From the IMG/VR virus record IMGVR_UViG_3300024231_000003, positions 1 to 64,000 of that record: 64,000 nt of DNA. One strand, 5' to 3'. Positions 56,215-64,000 of this stretch are shown piece after piece. Source of the stretch: a virus. Below the pieces are notes generated by a model. It was given only the letters and a program-made list of their open reading frames with translations. It made no database searches and was not told the DNA's origin. Each line of letters opens with the position of its first letter. Position 1 is the first letter of the stretch. The translations under genes were made by a program, and so were the position numbers.

Positions 56215-56556
56215 ATGTCCAATACTAAAACTTATACAAGTCCTGCTGAAAAGTACAGCATTGGCGGAGTATATTCACTGCAAGACATTAAATATGACTT
56301 GCTGAAAATTATTGAGCCACATGACGGCTTAATGTATAATCGTAAAGATACTGAGAAAGTAAAACAGATCTTTTCGTCATATCTTACAGATCTACAACGA
56401 TCTTGGAAGATGCGTGATCACTCAATTTATATTTCAGAAAAAGCAAATGCTTTTACCTTTGATATTGAAATTCGTATTCACAAAGATCGCAGCCCTAAGA
56501 AGCTGAAGATCCACGTAGGTAAACTTGTTCACTATCGTGATCGTAAGACAGCCTAA
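56215..56556 (+). CDS. Hypothetical protein
   Basis: GAGG RBS, coupled ORF. Confidence 0.65.
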   Translation: MSNTKTYTSPAEKYSIGGVYSLQDIKYDLLKIIEPHDGLMYNRKDTEKVKQIFSSYLTDLQRSWKMRDHSIYISEKANAFTFDIEIRIHKDRSPKKLKIHVGKLVHYRDRKTA

Positions 56557-57323
56557 TGAAAACCATTGTTCTAGTCACCGGTGGATTTGATCCACTACAC
56601 AAAGGCCATATCGCTTATTTTGAAGCGGCACGTACTTTGGGCGATGAACTTTGGGTAGGCGTAAACAGTGATGAATGGTTGACCCGTAAGAAAGGTCAAC
56701 CGTTTATGCCTATGCAAGACCGTTGTGCAATTGTTAATGCACTTGGATGTGTTGATCAAGTTATTGGATTTAATGACGATGATAACAGCGCAAGCGGTGC
56801 AATATTTACTACTCAATCAATGAATGGTAACATAAAATTAATCTTTGCTAATGGCGGAGATAGAAATGCAGGAAATATACCAGAAATGGACGCATATAGT
56901 CATGACCCCAATGTTGAATTTGCATTCGGTGTAGGTGGCGAAGATAAAAAGAATAGTTCATCTTGGATTTTAAAAGAGTGGCAAAAGCCAAATACTACTC
57001 GACTATGGGGCAATTATACTGTATTAGATAAACAAGACACTTGGCAAGTTAAAGAGCTATGCTTTGATGTTGGCAAATCATTATCAGATCAGCGTCACTT
57101 TGTTCGTAGTGAACATTGGTGTGTAGTTGATGGACTAGTTAAAATGGAACTAGAATACCCTAATGGTGATAAACTATCAAAAACATATGGTCCAGGTGAG
57201 AGTATTGATATCCCTACAATGACATGGCATAAAGCCACTAATAGTGGAGATGTACCTGCTAAAGTGGTAGAAGTTTGGATGGGTACTACATTACAAGAAG
57301 ATGATATTGAAAGAAGAGATTGA
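56556..57323 (+). CDS. Cytidylyltransferase-like (HIGH) domain fused to a mannose-6-phosphate isomerase-type cupin
   Basis: TGGFDPLHKGH, VGVNSD, FANGGDR, NSSS; RLWG.Y, LSDQRH..RSEHW, WH, EDDIER. Confidence 0.85.
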   Translation: MKTIVLVTGGFDPLHKGHIAYFEAARTLGDELWVGVNSDEWLTRKKGQPFMPMQDRCAIVNALGCVDQVIGFNDDDNSASGAIFTTQSMNGNIKLIFANGGDRNAGNIPEMDAYSHDPNVEFAFGVGGEDKKNSSSWILKEWQKPNTTRLWGNYTVLDKQDTWQVKELCFDVGKSLSDQRHFVRSEHWCVVDGLVKMELEYPNGDKLSKTYGPGESIDIPTMTWHKATNSGDVPAKVVEVWMGTTLQEDDIERRD

Positions 57324-58129
57324 TGGATACTAGATTTATTGCGGCACTAGATCAGAGTGGTGGATCAACACCAGGTGCATTAGACAACTATGGTGTAGAA
57401 TACACTGAACATAATATGTTTGATAAGATTCATGACATGCGTATGCGTATGGTTAACTCACCAGACTTTAATGACAAAAACATCTGGGCGGCAATCCTCT
57501 ACCAAGACACAGTCACCCGTGGCATGGTTAATGTGCTTGACGAAAAAGGTATTGACACGTTCCTAAAGATTGACAGTGGTTGCGAGGAAAGCGGATTGCT
57601 CAAACAGTTTCCAGTAAAGCAGATGTTGGAGTGGGCTACTAACGGTATTGGTCCTAAGATTTATGGTACAAAGATGCGTAGCATTGTTAAAGGTGTAAGC
57701 ATGGTACATCCTGTACTCAAACAACAGTTTACACTTGCTCGTACTATTTGGGAGCATGGGCTTGTACCAATCATTGAGCCCGAAGTACCTATCGACAATC
57801 CTATTAAAGCTAAAGTTGAATCAGCTCTTATGCATCACTTGCAAGAGTTCTTGGATGAGTTTCCAGGTAAATGTATTCTCAAACTAACACCGCCAGAAGT
57901 ACCTAACTTGTATCACAACCTTACCGTGTTTCCTAATGTAGAACGTGTTGTGTTCCTTAGTGGCGGATATGCTACAGCAGAAGCATGTAACAAACTTGGA
58001 TTAAACGACAATGTCACTGCCAGTTTTAGTAGAGCATTAAGTGAGGGTCTAAAGTATTCATTGACAGACGAAGAGTTTGATGTTAAAATAAGACAAAATA
58101 TTAAAATGATAACAGAGGCAAGTGCATGA
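57323..58129 (+). CDS. fda: Fructose-bisphosphate aldolase class I (bacterial type)
   Basis: FIAALDQSGGSTP, FLKIDSG, GTKMRS, PIIEPEV, LKLT, LSGGY, ASFSRAL.EGL. Confidence 0.92.
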   Translation: MDTRFIAALDQSGGSTPGALDNYGVEYTEHNMFDKIHDMRMRMVNSPDFNDKNIWAAILYQDTVTRGMVNVLDEKGIDTFLKIDSGCEESGLLKQFPVKQMLEWATNGIGPKIYGTKMRSIVKGVSMVHPVLKQQFTLARTIWEHGLVPIIEPEVPIDNPIKAKVESALMHHLQEFLDEFPGKCILKLTPPEVPNLYHNLTVFPNVERVVFLSGGYATAEACNKLGLNDNVTASFSRALSEGLKYSLTDEEFDVKIRQNIKMITEASA

Positions 58130-59190
58130 CAAATACAATTTACATTATTCCAATTGAGCCAATTGATCAACGCTATACAAAACAATGGTATGACAATATT
58201 CCACAGGTACTTTTACAAGAGATCTCCAATAGAGAATTAGATTATAAAGTTATGACTATTGATGGTGAAGACTTTGCACCAGAGCAACGTACTGAAGGTG
58301 CTTTCCTAGACTTTGGCGCAACCAATGTATACAAAGCTAGCCAGACAGTATCAGTAAGCAAATTGTTTAGTAATGGTTTAGTTAAGCCAGGTGATAAGTT
58401 TTTAATTACTGATGCTTGGAACTTTATTATTACACCAATTAAATATATGAGTGACTTGTTGGATATTCCAGTAGAGATACACAGTATTTGGCATGCAGGT
58501 GCATATGATCCTAGTGATATTCTTGGATACAAAATGAGCAAGCCTTGGCCTTGGCTACAAGAACAGAGCTGGTTTATGAGTAGTGATTACAATTACTATG
58601 CAACTAACAGTCACAAGGACATGTTCTTAAAGAACTTAGACATTCCAGAAAAATATGAACATAAAGCAATACGTAGTGGACAACCACATGAGCTTATCGT
58701 TGAACCTTTGTTACAGCGCCAAAACAGCGAGCGTTTTAACACAGTAATGTGGCCACATCGTTACAATGCAGACAAGCAACCTGAAATTGCTGAAGATATG
58801 GCATCAGCTTTTGATATGATTATTACACAAAAGATGGACTTAGATAAAAATGCATATTATGATTTAATGGCAACAAGTAAAGTTATCTTTAGTTGTGCAT
58901 TGCATGAGAACTTAGGCATTAGTGTTATGGAAGCAGTACTTACAGGTGCAATTCCAATATTGCCAGATCGTTGTAGTTATGCTGAAATGTATTTGCCAGA
59001 GTTTAAATATCCAAGTGAATGGACTGAAAGTTTTGACTCTTACGAACAACACAAAGACAAGCTCAACGCATTTGTACAAGACAAGATTGATAACTATGAT
59101 AATTATAAAAACATGGTGAAACAACAACAACAAATACTAATAGATGACTACTTAAATGCATCTATTATGATAGATAAATTATTAGAATAA
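58126..59190 (+). CDS. GT-B fold glycosyltransferase
   Basis: IWHAG, WPHR...DKQP, HENLGISVMEAVLTGAIPILPDRCSYAE (E-x7-E). Confidence 0.85.
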   Translation: MTNTIYIIPIEPIDQRYTKQWYDNIPQVLLQEISNRELDYKVMTIDGEDFAPEQRTEGAFLDFGATNVYKASQTVSVSKLFSNGLVKPGDKFLITDAWNFIITPIKYMSDLLDIPVEIHSIWHAGAYDPSDILGYKMSKPWPWLQEQSWFMSSDYNYYATNSHKDMFLKNLDIPEKYEHKAIRSGQPHELIVEPLLQRQNSERFNTVMWPHRYNADKQPEIAEDMASAFDMIITQKMDLDKNAYYDLMATSKVIFSCALHENLGISVMEAVLTGAIPILPDRCSYAEMYLPEFKYPSEWTESFDSYEQHKDKLNAFVQDKIDNYDNYKNMVKQQQQILIDDYLNASIMIDKLLE

Positions 59191-59210
59191 TAAAGAAAAG
59201 GAGATGTAAT

Positions 59211-59420
59211 ATGACACCTATCGCAGACGGACTACTAGAAGCAGCTCGCAAACATGCTGAAGGAGTAATAGCATTACATAAAGCAAATGTAATGGTATAT
59301 TTAAATAACCCTGCTGGTATTGGCGAACATAGTGATGTAATGGAAGCTATCCAATCAGAATTAGATAAAATGGCATCCGCACACGACCAACTAGAAATGC
59401 TTGATGAATATTTCAAATAA
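59211..59420 (+). CDS. Small hypothetical phage protein
   Basis: AGGAG RBS; VYLNNPAGIGEHSD motif. Confidence 0.7.
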   Translation: MTPIADGLLEAARKHAEGVIALHKANVMVYLNNPAGIGEHSDVMEAIQSELDKMASAHDQLEMLDEYFK

Positions 59421-59468
59421 ATTAAGATATATCAGTAGATATATATATACAAAAGGAACATAGTATAA

Positions 59469-60155
59469 ATGACAAAGACTTCCCAAATTAAACAACGTTT
59501 GCTTGATGCAAATATCCGCCACTGGGCAGGAGATAATATATCTTCAGTACTAGAAGATGGTGACAAAGAAGCACTAATTGATGATGCAACTGTAGCATTT
59601 GAAGGTGTACTAGATGCACTACTAATTGACAGATTTAACGATCCTAACTCACATGGTACAGCAAAGCGTCTTGCCAAGATGTATTTTAATGAGATTATGG
59701 CAGGTCGATATGAAGAAGCTCCAGCCGCGACAGCATTTCCAAATGATAACGGACATACATATAAAGGTATGTTAGTGGTACGTAGTGAACTTAAATCAAT
59801 GTGTTCACACCATCATCAGCCTGTAGCTGGAGTTGCATACATAGGTATAATTCCTGGTGAGAAAGTTATTGGACTTTCAAAGTACACACGTATAGCGCAG
59901 TGGTGCGCACGTCGAGGTACACTACAAGAAGAACTATGTAATGATATTATGCGAGAAATTATAAAGGCTACTGATAGTGAACACGTTGGTGTTTACATTC
60001 AAGCAACACACGGCTGTTGTGAGAACAGAGGCATTATGGCACACAGTAGTTTAACACAAACTACAGTTCTTAATGGTGGGTTCTTAGATGATCCTAGTGT
60101 TAAGGAAGAGTTTTTCAATAACATTAAATTACAGCAAGAATTTGCACCACGATAA
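59469..60155 (+). CDS. folE: GTP cyclohydrolase I
   Basis: TAKRLAKMY, SMCSHH, IGLSKYTR, LQEEL, ATHGC..RG. Confidence 0.95.
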   Translation: MTKTSQIKQRLLDANIRHWAGDNISSVLEDGDKEALIDDATVAFEGVLDALLIDRFNDPNSHGTAKRLAKMYFNEIMAGRYEEAPAATAFPNDNGHTYKGMLVVRSELKSMCSHHHQPVAGVAYIGIIPGEKVIGLSKYTRIAQWCARRGTLQEELCNDIMREIIKATDSEHVGVYIQATHGCCENRGIMAHSSLTQTTVLNGGFLDDPSVKEEFFNNIKLQQEFAPR

Positions 60156-60174
60156 ACAAGAACTGGAGAAAACA

Positions 60175-60723
60175 ATGATTAAAAAAGTACACTATACCTG
60201 GAAAGATGTTGAACACATGATCCAGTCAATCAATAACCTTATGTTTGCAGATAATTGGAGACCAGATTATGTAGTAGGACTCACACGTGGTGGCTTAGTA
60301 CCGTCAGTTATTTTATCTAACATGACTGGTATTCCAATGCATGCCTTAGATGTAAGGTTCCGTGATACAAACGATACATATGGTCCAGAGAGTAATCTTT
60401 GGATGGCAGAAGATGCACTAGGATACAAGGGAGATGGATTAACACACAAACAGCACCGTAAAAATATTCTTATTATGGATGATATTAATGATAGCGGTCG
60501 TACATTGTCTTGGATTAAAGACGATTGGCGTGGGGGTTGTTTACCAAATGATCCAGCATGGAATGATATCTGGGGAGATACAGTACGCACTGCATGTCTA
60601 ATAGATAATGCTGGCAGTGAATTTGGTGACTGTGATTATACTGCCTTAGAAATTAATAAAAACGAAGAAGACGTTTGGGTAGTATTTCCTTGGGAAGGCG
60701 AACGTAATTATGGCAACTGCTAA
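60175..60723 (+). CDS. Purine phosphoribosyltransferase-like protein
   Basis: VVGLTRGGLVP, ILIMDDINDSGRT, WVVFPWE; GGAG RBS. Confidence 0.88.
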   Translation: MIKKVHYTWKDVEHMIQSINNLMFADNWRPDYVVGLTRGGLVPSVILSNMTGIPMHALDVRFRDTNDTYGPESNLWMAEDALGYKGDGLTHKQHRKNILIMDDINDSGRTLSWIKDDWRGGCLPNDPAWNDIWGDTVRTACLIDNAGSEFGDCDYTALEINKNEEDVWVVFPWEGERNYGNC

Positions 60724-60731
60724 ATAGAGCA

Positions 60732-61313
60732 ATGCACACATACAAAATTATTATTAGAGGATATGGTTCACAAGTAAATATTGGAACCATATCTTCTGAT
60801 ATGTATAGTTACTGGACATCTATAACTGATAGTAACTTAATAACAGATCAACTATTTCCAAATTTTGATAATGGCGGTTATGCTGATGACGTTGAAATAG
60901 ATCCAGATGATATAACTCAAATTGGAATGTGGAAAAGACATAACGATATTTTAACATTATGTAGTCCACTTATAGATTATTTGCACATACTAGTTTATGA
61001 TGAATCTAATAAGATAATACATACTCAAGATTCAATTGATCCAAAATCGTGCAGAACAGTTAATAGTGATGAAATAGGCAGTGGATACTTTATAAAAACA
61101 ACTTTTGATAAAAAAGGAGAGTTTGTAAGTATTGAACTTGAAGCAGAAGAATTTGATCCAACTAAGTTAAGTTTTCATAGCAAATCAGTAGATGGCGATG
61201 AATATCTAGATCGTGTAATGTACGATGGCAAGATGAAGAAAAACAAGCTAGATGACAGTCAAAGGCAGTCAGACGATGATAAACGCACATATCATTTAAT
61301 AAAAAACAAATAA
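60732..61313 (+). CDS. Hypothetical protein
   Basis: TAAATA-N5-ATG; 193 aa. Confidence 0.7.
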   Translation: MHTYKIIIRGYGSQVNIGTISSDMYSYWTSITDSNLITDQLFPNFDNGGYADDVEIDPDDITQIGMWKRHNDILTLCSPLIDYLHILVYDESNKIIHTQDSIDPKSCRTVNSDEIGSGYFIKTTFDKKGEFVSIELEAEEFDPTKLSFHSKSVDGDEYLDRVMYDGKMKKNKLDDSQRQSDDDKRTYHLIKNK

Positions 61314-61317
61314 ACAC

Positions 61318-61346
61318 TTGACAATCCAGTACACTGGTGCTATATT
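61318..61346 (+). promoter_or_regulatory. Sigma70-type promoter with an inverted repeat in the spacer
   Basis: TTGACA-17 bp-TATATT, TGn extension; CCAGT-AC-ACTGG in the spacer. Confidence 0.7.
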
Positions 61347-61382
61347 ATACGCATAACTAAAGTAACCATACTGGAGACAGAG

Positions 61383-64000
61383 ATGAAGAAACTATTAGCT
61401 ACTATGGCAATTGCAATAACATTGTTATCTGCAACAACGCCTGTACAAGCATCACAATTTAAAAGTTATTACGCATTGGCTGCTAATTGGCGTCCAGCAC
61501 AGCAGGTTAGCTTTGCTAACAGCATGATAGGTGTATACGAACGTAGTAACAGAATGTATTCAAACTTTATTAACAAGTACTCACGTTATGCAGGTGCAAG
61601 CTGGTATGACAATATGAAGGCACGACATGCATTCCAAGTTAATGAAATTGCAAAGTACAAATTATTAATAGAACAAAGTTCTGCGCCAAAGGTAACATTA
61701 GTTGATACAGTTGTTACAACAGACGATAGAACACTTGTTAATCGTAAAGCAACTGTGGTTACTAGTAATACGTCAACAGTTGAAGTTGAAACTACTGAAA
61801 CAATGGTAAGTGAGTATGCAGTAGTAACACAAATATTGACAACGCCAGTTCATACGATTTATTATACAGTTACTAATACAACTAAAGTATATAGTGATGG
61901 TACACGTCAATCATCAAATGCAGTAAAGGTTAACAGACAAGAAACTGTTGATGAAACAGAAACAAAAATTACACGTGAACTAGTGCGTCAATACGCAGTT
62001 GTAATTAAGCAAGAACCTACTCTATCAGATCCAATTGCTACTGTAGATATTCTAACAGTTGATGAATATTTGGCACGTGCAGATGTAGACTATTCAGGCA
62101 CACAAGCATATATTGATGCAGTACATTCAGTAAACTCTCGCATTAATTCTGCATACATTACAGAAGATCGCGGACTTGCAAAATTTGGTAACTCACTAGC
62201 TGCAATTAATGCTCCAGAAGCATGGGCACGTGGCTGGACAGGTAAAGGTAGTACTATTGCTATACTAGATACTGGTATTGATACAGATCATACTGAATTT
62301 ACAGATAGTATTGCTGATATGAAATGTTTTACTCGTGCATGTAGTACTGGTTACGAAACAATAGAAGACAAAAATCGCTATGCACATGGCACTCATGTTG
62401 CAGGCATTGCAGCAGGTAATTTAGATGGCAATGGCTCAACAGGTGTTGCATATGATGCAGAATTATTAATTGCTAAAACAGCACATGATTTTGGAATGTT
62501 TGACTTCAGTGTTGCAGATGATGCAATTGAATGGGCAGTAGAACGTGGAGCAGATGCTATTAATATTAGTGCAAATTACAATGTAGACCGTACATACAAG
62601 TATAGTATGAAAGAAATTGCACCTGGTATGTTCCGTTCAAATGACAAACGTGGACGTGATGGTATCACTTATGATAATTATGGATACTCAAATATCTACA
62701 ACGATCCATCATATTATGCTGATATCGTAGAAGCTATGACAGGACATGAAGCAGTATTGGTATTAGCCGCAGGTAATCAGCGTTTAGATTTTGCAGGACA
62801 GCCAGCAAGTTTAGCACTTGATGATGAAATTGGCAATCGTGTACTAGTTGTTGGTAACTATGATATTAAATTTAACAAAATGGCATCTAGCTCAAACAAA
62901 GCGGGAACTGTATGTTATGACTTTAATGAAACAACACAACAATGTAATAATACTAAACGTGTTTCAGATCGCTTTATCCTTGCTCCTGGTCAGTGGATAA
63001 TGAGTGCAGACAATAATGGTGAATATAGAACTAACAGTGGTACATCAATGGCTGCTCCAATAGTATCAGGAGCAGTAGGAATAGTTCATCAAATGTGGCC
63101 ACATATGACAGGTGCAAATATAGCTAAACTACTTCTAGATACTGCAAGCACTGATGAAATTATTGATTATGATGTAAATGTACATGGACAAGGACTGTTG
63201 GATTTAAATGAAGCTACTACTCCACAAGGAGTACTTGGCATTCCAACAACAGGACGTATTGATGGTAAAAGCACAAGTGTTGATAGAACAGGTACAATTG
63301 CAATCAGTGGAGCAAGTATTAGCGCACTACAAGAAGTTATGGTTGTTGATGATTACGACAGAGACTTTTATTTTGACGCAAATGCATCTATAGCAGTAAA
63401 TGATACTCGAACAGCAAGTGCTACACAATCAGCACAGAGCGGGTTTACTCCAGATTATTATATTGGTTATACTGGCGGTAAAATTGTTCCAATATCAAAC
63501 GGTGCAATTAGTATTAATTCAGAAAACAATGAATTTGCATTAGTACAACAGTTTGGTGGCTTTACAGTAGGGTTAGCAAGTGAACAAGATAGTTTCCTTG
63601 GTAATGTAGCAAATAGTGATCTAATGAGAGTAACTGGCGCAACTACAGCATATGTTGGATATGGTTTTGACACTGGCTTACTATTTGGTAATGCACAGTT
63701 AGGCGCTACTGACTTAGATGTTGACAATACAAGTTTCCTTAAATCTGCAAGCACGTTAATGAGTTATAGTGCAACAGTTGGTACAAAGAAAACAATTGGC
63801 AATTCAACGTTTGGATTTGTAACAAGTCTTCCAGTATCAATATCAAGTGGACAAGCAAACTTTAATATGCCATCTAGTGTAAGTGCAGACGGTGCAATTC
63901 TTAATAGTGACGCATCAAGCTCATTAGCTACACAGTATCAAGAAGTAGACTTTGGTGTATTTTACAATAATCAAATAACTGATTCAGTAGCATTTGATAG
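61383..64000 (+). CDS. Secreted subtilisin-like S8 serine protease with C-terminal beta-rich (autotransporter-like) region; runs off window end
   Basis: Absent from the ORF track because it has no stop in the window. GGAG RBS, signal peptide MKKLLATMAIAITLLSATTPVQA; IAILDTG, HGTHVAG, AAGN, SGTSMAAP, HGQGLLDL. Confidence 0.9.
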   Translation, partial: MKKLLATMAIAITLLSATTPVQASQFKSYYALAANWRPAQQVSFANSMIGVYERSNRMYSNFINKYSRYAGASWYDNMKARHAFQVNEIAKYKLLIEQSSAPKVTLVDTVVTTDDRTLVNRKATVVTSNTSTVEVETTETMVSEYAVVTQILTTPVHTIYYTVTNTTKVYSDGTRQSSNAVKVNRQETVDETETKITRELVRQYAVVIKQEPTLSDPIATVDILTVDEYLARADVDYSGTQAYIDAVHSVNSRINSAYITEDRGLAKFGNSLAAINAPEAWARGWTGKGSTIAILDTGIDTDHTEFTDSIADMKCFTRACSTGYETIEDKNRYAHGTHVAGIAAGNLDGNGSTGVAYDAELLIAKTAHDFGMFDFSVADDAIEWAVERGADAINISANYNVDRTYKYSMKEIAPGMFRSNDKRGRDGITYDNYGYSNIYNDPSYYADIVEAMTGHEAVLVLAAGNQRLDFAGQPASLALDDEIGNRVLVVGNYDIKFNKMASSSNKAGTVCYDFNETTQQCNNTKRVSDRFILAPGQWIMSADNNGEYRTNSGTSMAAPIVSGAVGIVHQMWPHMTGANIAKLLLDTASTDEIIDYDVNVHGQGLLDLNEATTPQGVLGIPTTGRIDGKSTSVDRTGTIAISGASISALQEVMVVDDYDRDFYFDANASIAVNDTRTASATQSAQSGFTPDYYIGYTGGKIVPISNGAISINSENNEFALVQQFGGFTVGLASEQDSFLGNVANSDLMRVTGATTAYVGYGFDTGLLFGNAQLGATDLDVDNTSFLKSASTLMSYSATVGTKKTIGNSTFGFVTSLPVSISSGQANFNMPSSVSADGAILNSDASSSLATQYQEVDFGVFYNNQITDSVAFD

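Noticed and set aside
112-63754. Numerous short ORFs nested in or antisense to long genes (e.g. 112-354, 4111-4602, 27284-27772, 32485-33003, 63208-63393, 63467-63754)
   Set aside because: Shadow frames of well-supported genes, lacking RBS, promoter or protein motifs
1-64000. CRISPR array, integrase, transposase or rRNA
   Set aside because: No regularly spaced direct repeats or such motifs seen; the recurring intergenic similarity is explained by tRNA D/T arms and promoters
1-64000. Stop-codon reassignment or selenocysteine recoding
   Set aside because: Conserved genes (uvsX, nrdAB, folE, helicase) are full-length in the standard code; no suppressor or Sec tRNA found

Overview
An AT-rich, densely coding 64 kb segment of a large T4-like (myovirus-type) dsDNA phage genome. 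The host is probably a marine or aquatic proteobacterium, inferred from the ProX/ProW, Fpr, class I aldolase and tRNA types. From left to right it contains: (1) a recombination/replication block (gp32-like SSB tail, UvsX, UvsY, AAA ATPase, SpeD, UvsW, putative clamp-loader subunit, a miniature DnaE-like polymerase, primase, helicase); (2) probable head-internal and other virion proteins, an exonuclease, NrdAB/glutaredoxin and a PAAR protein; (3) two tRNA clusters with 12 tRNAs, including a very unusual tRNA-Ser with anticodon ACT, plus a tRNA-like RNA lacking normal D/anticodon arms and several structured intergenic RNAs; (4) a ~22 kb cluster of tailoring enzymes (radical SAMs, B12-radical SAM, 2OG-Fe(II) oxygenases, diiron ferritin-like protein, amidotransferase, ATP-grasp, methyltransferase, GNAT, SDR, FNR, Cys-less peroxiredoxin) that resembles a phage-encoded biosynthetic/modification pathway; (5) a sliding clamp followed by a 7-deazaguanine-type locus (TGT-like, QueD-like, FolE) with a glycosyltransferase, nucleotidyltransferase and PRTase; (6) a secreted S8 protease running off the right edge. 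Sigma70-type (TTGACA-17-TAnnnT) and T4-late-type (TAAATA) promoters are clear, and many appear to yield leaderless mRNAs. All calls come from motif recognition and hand folding; no database searches were run.
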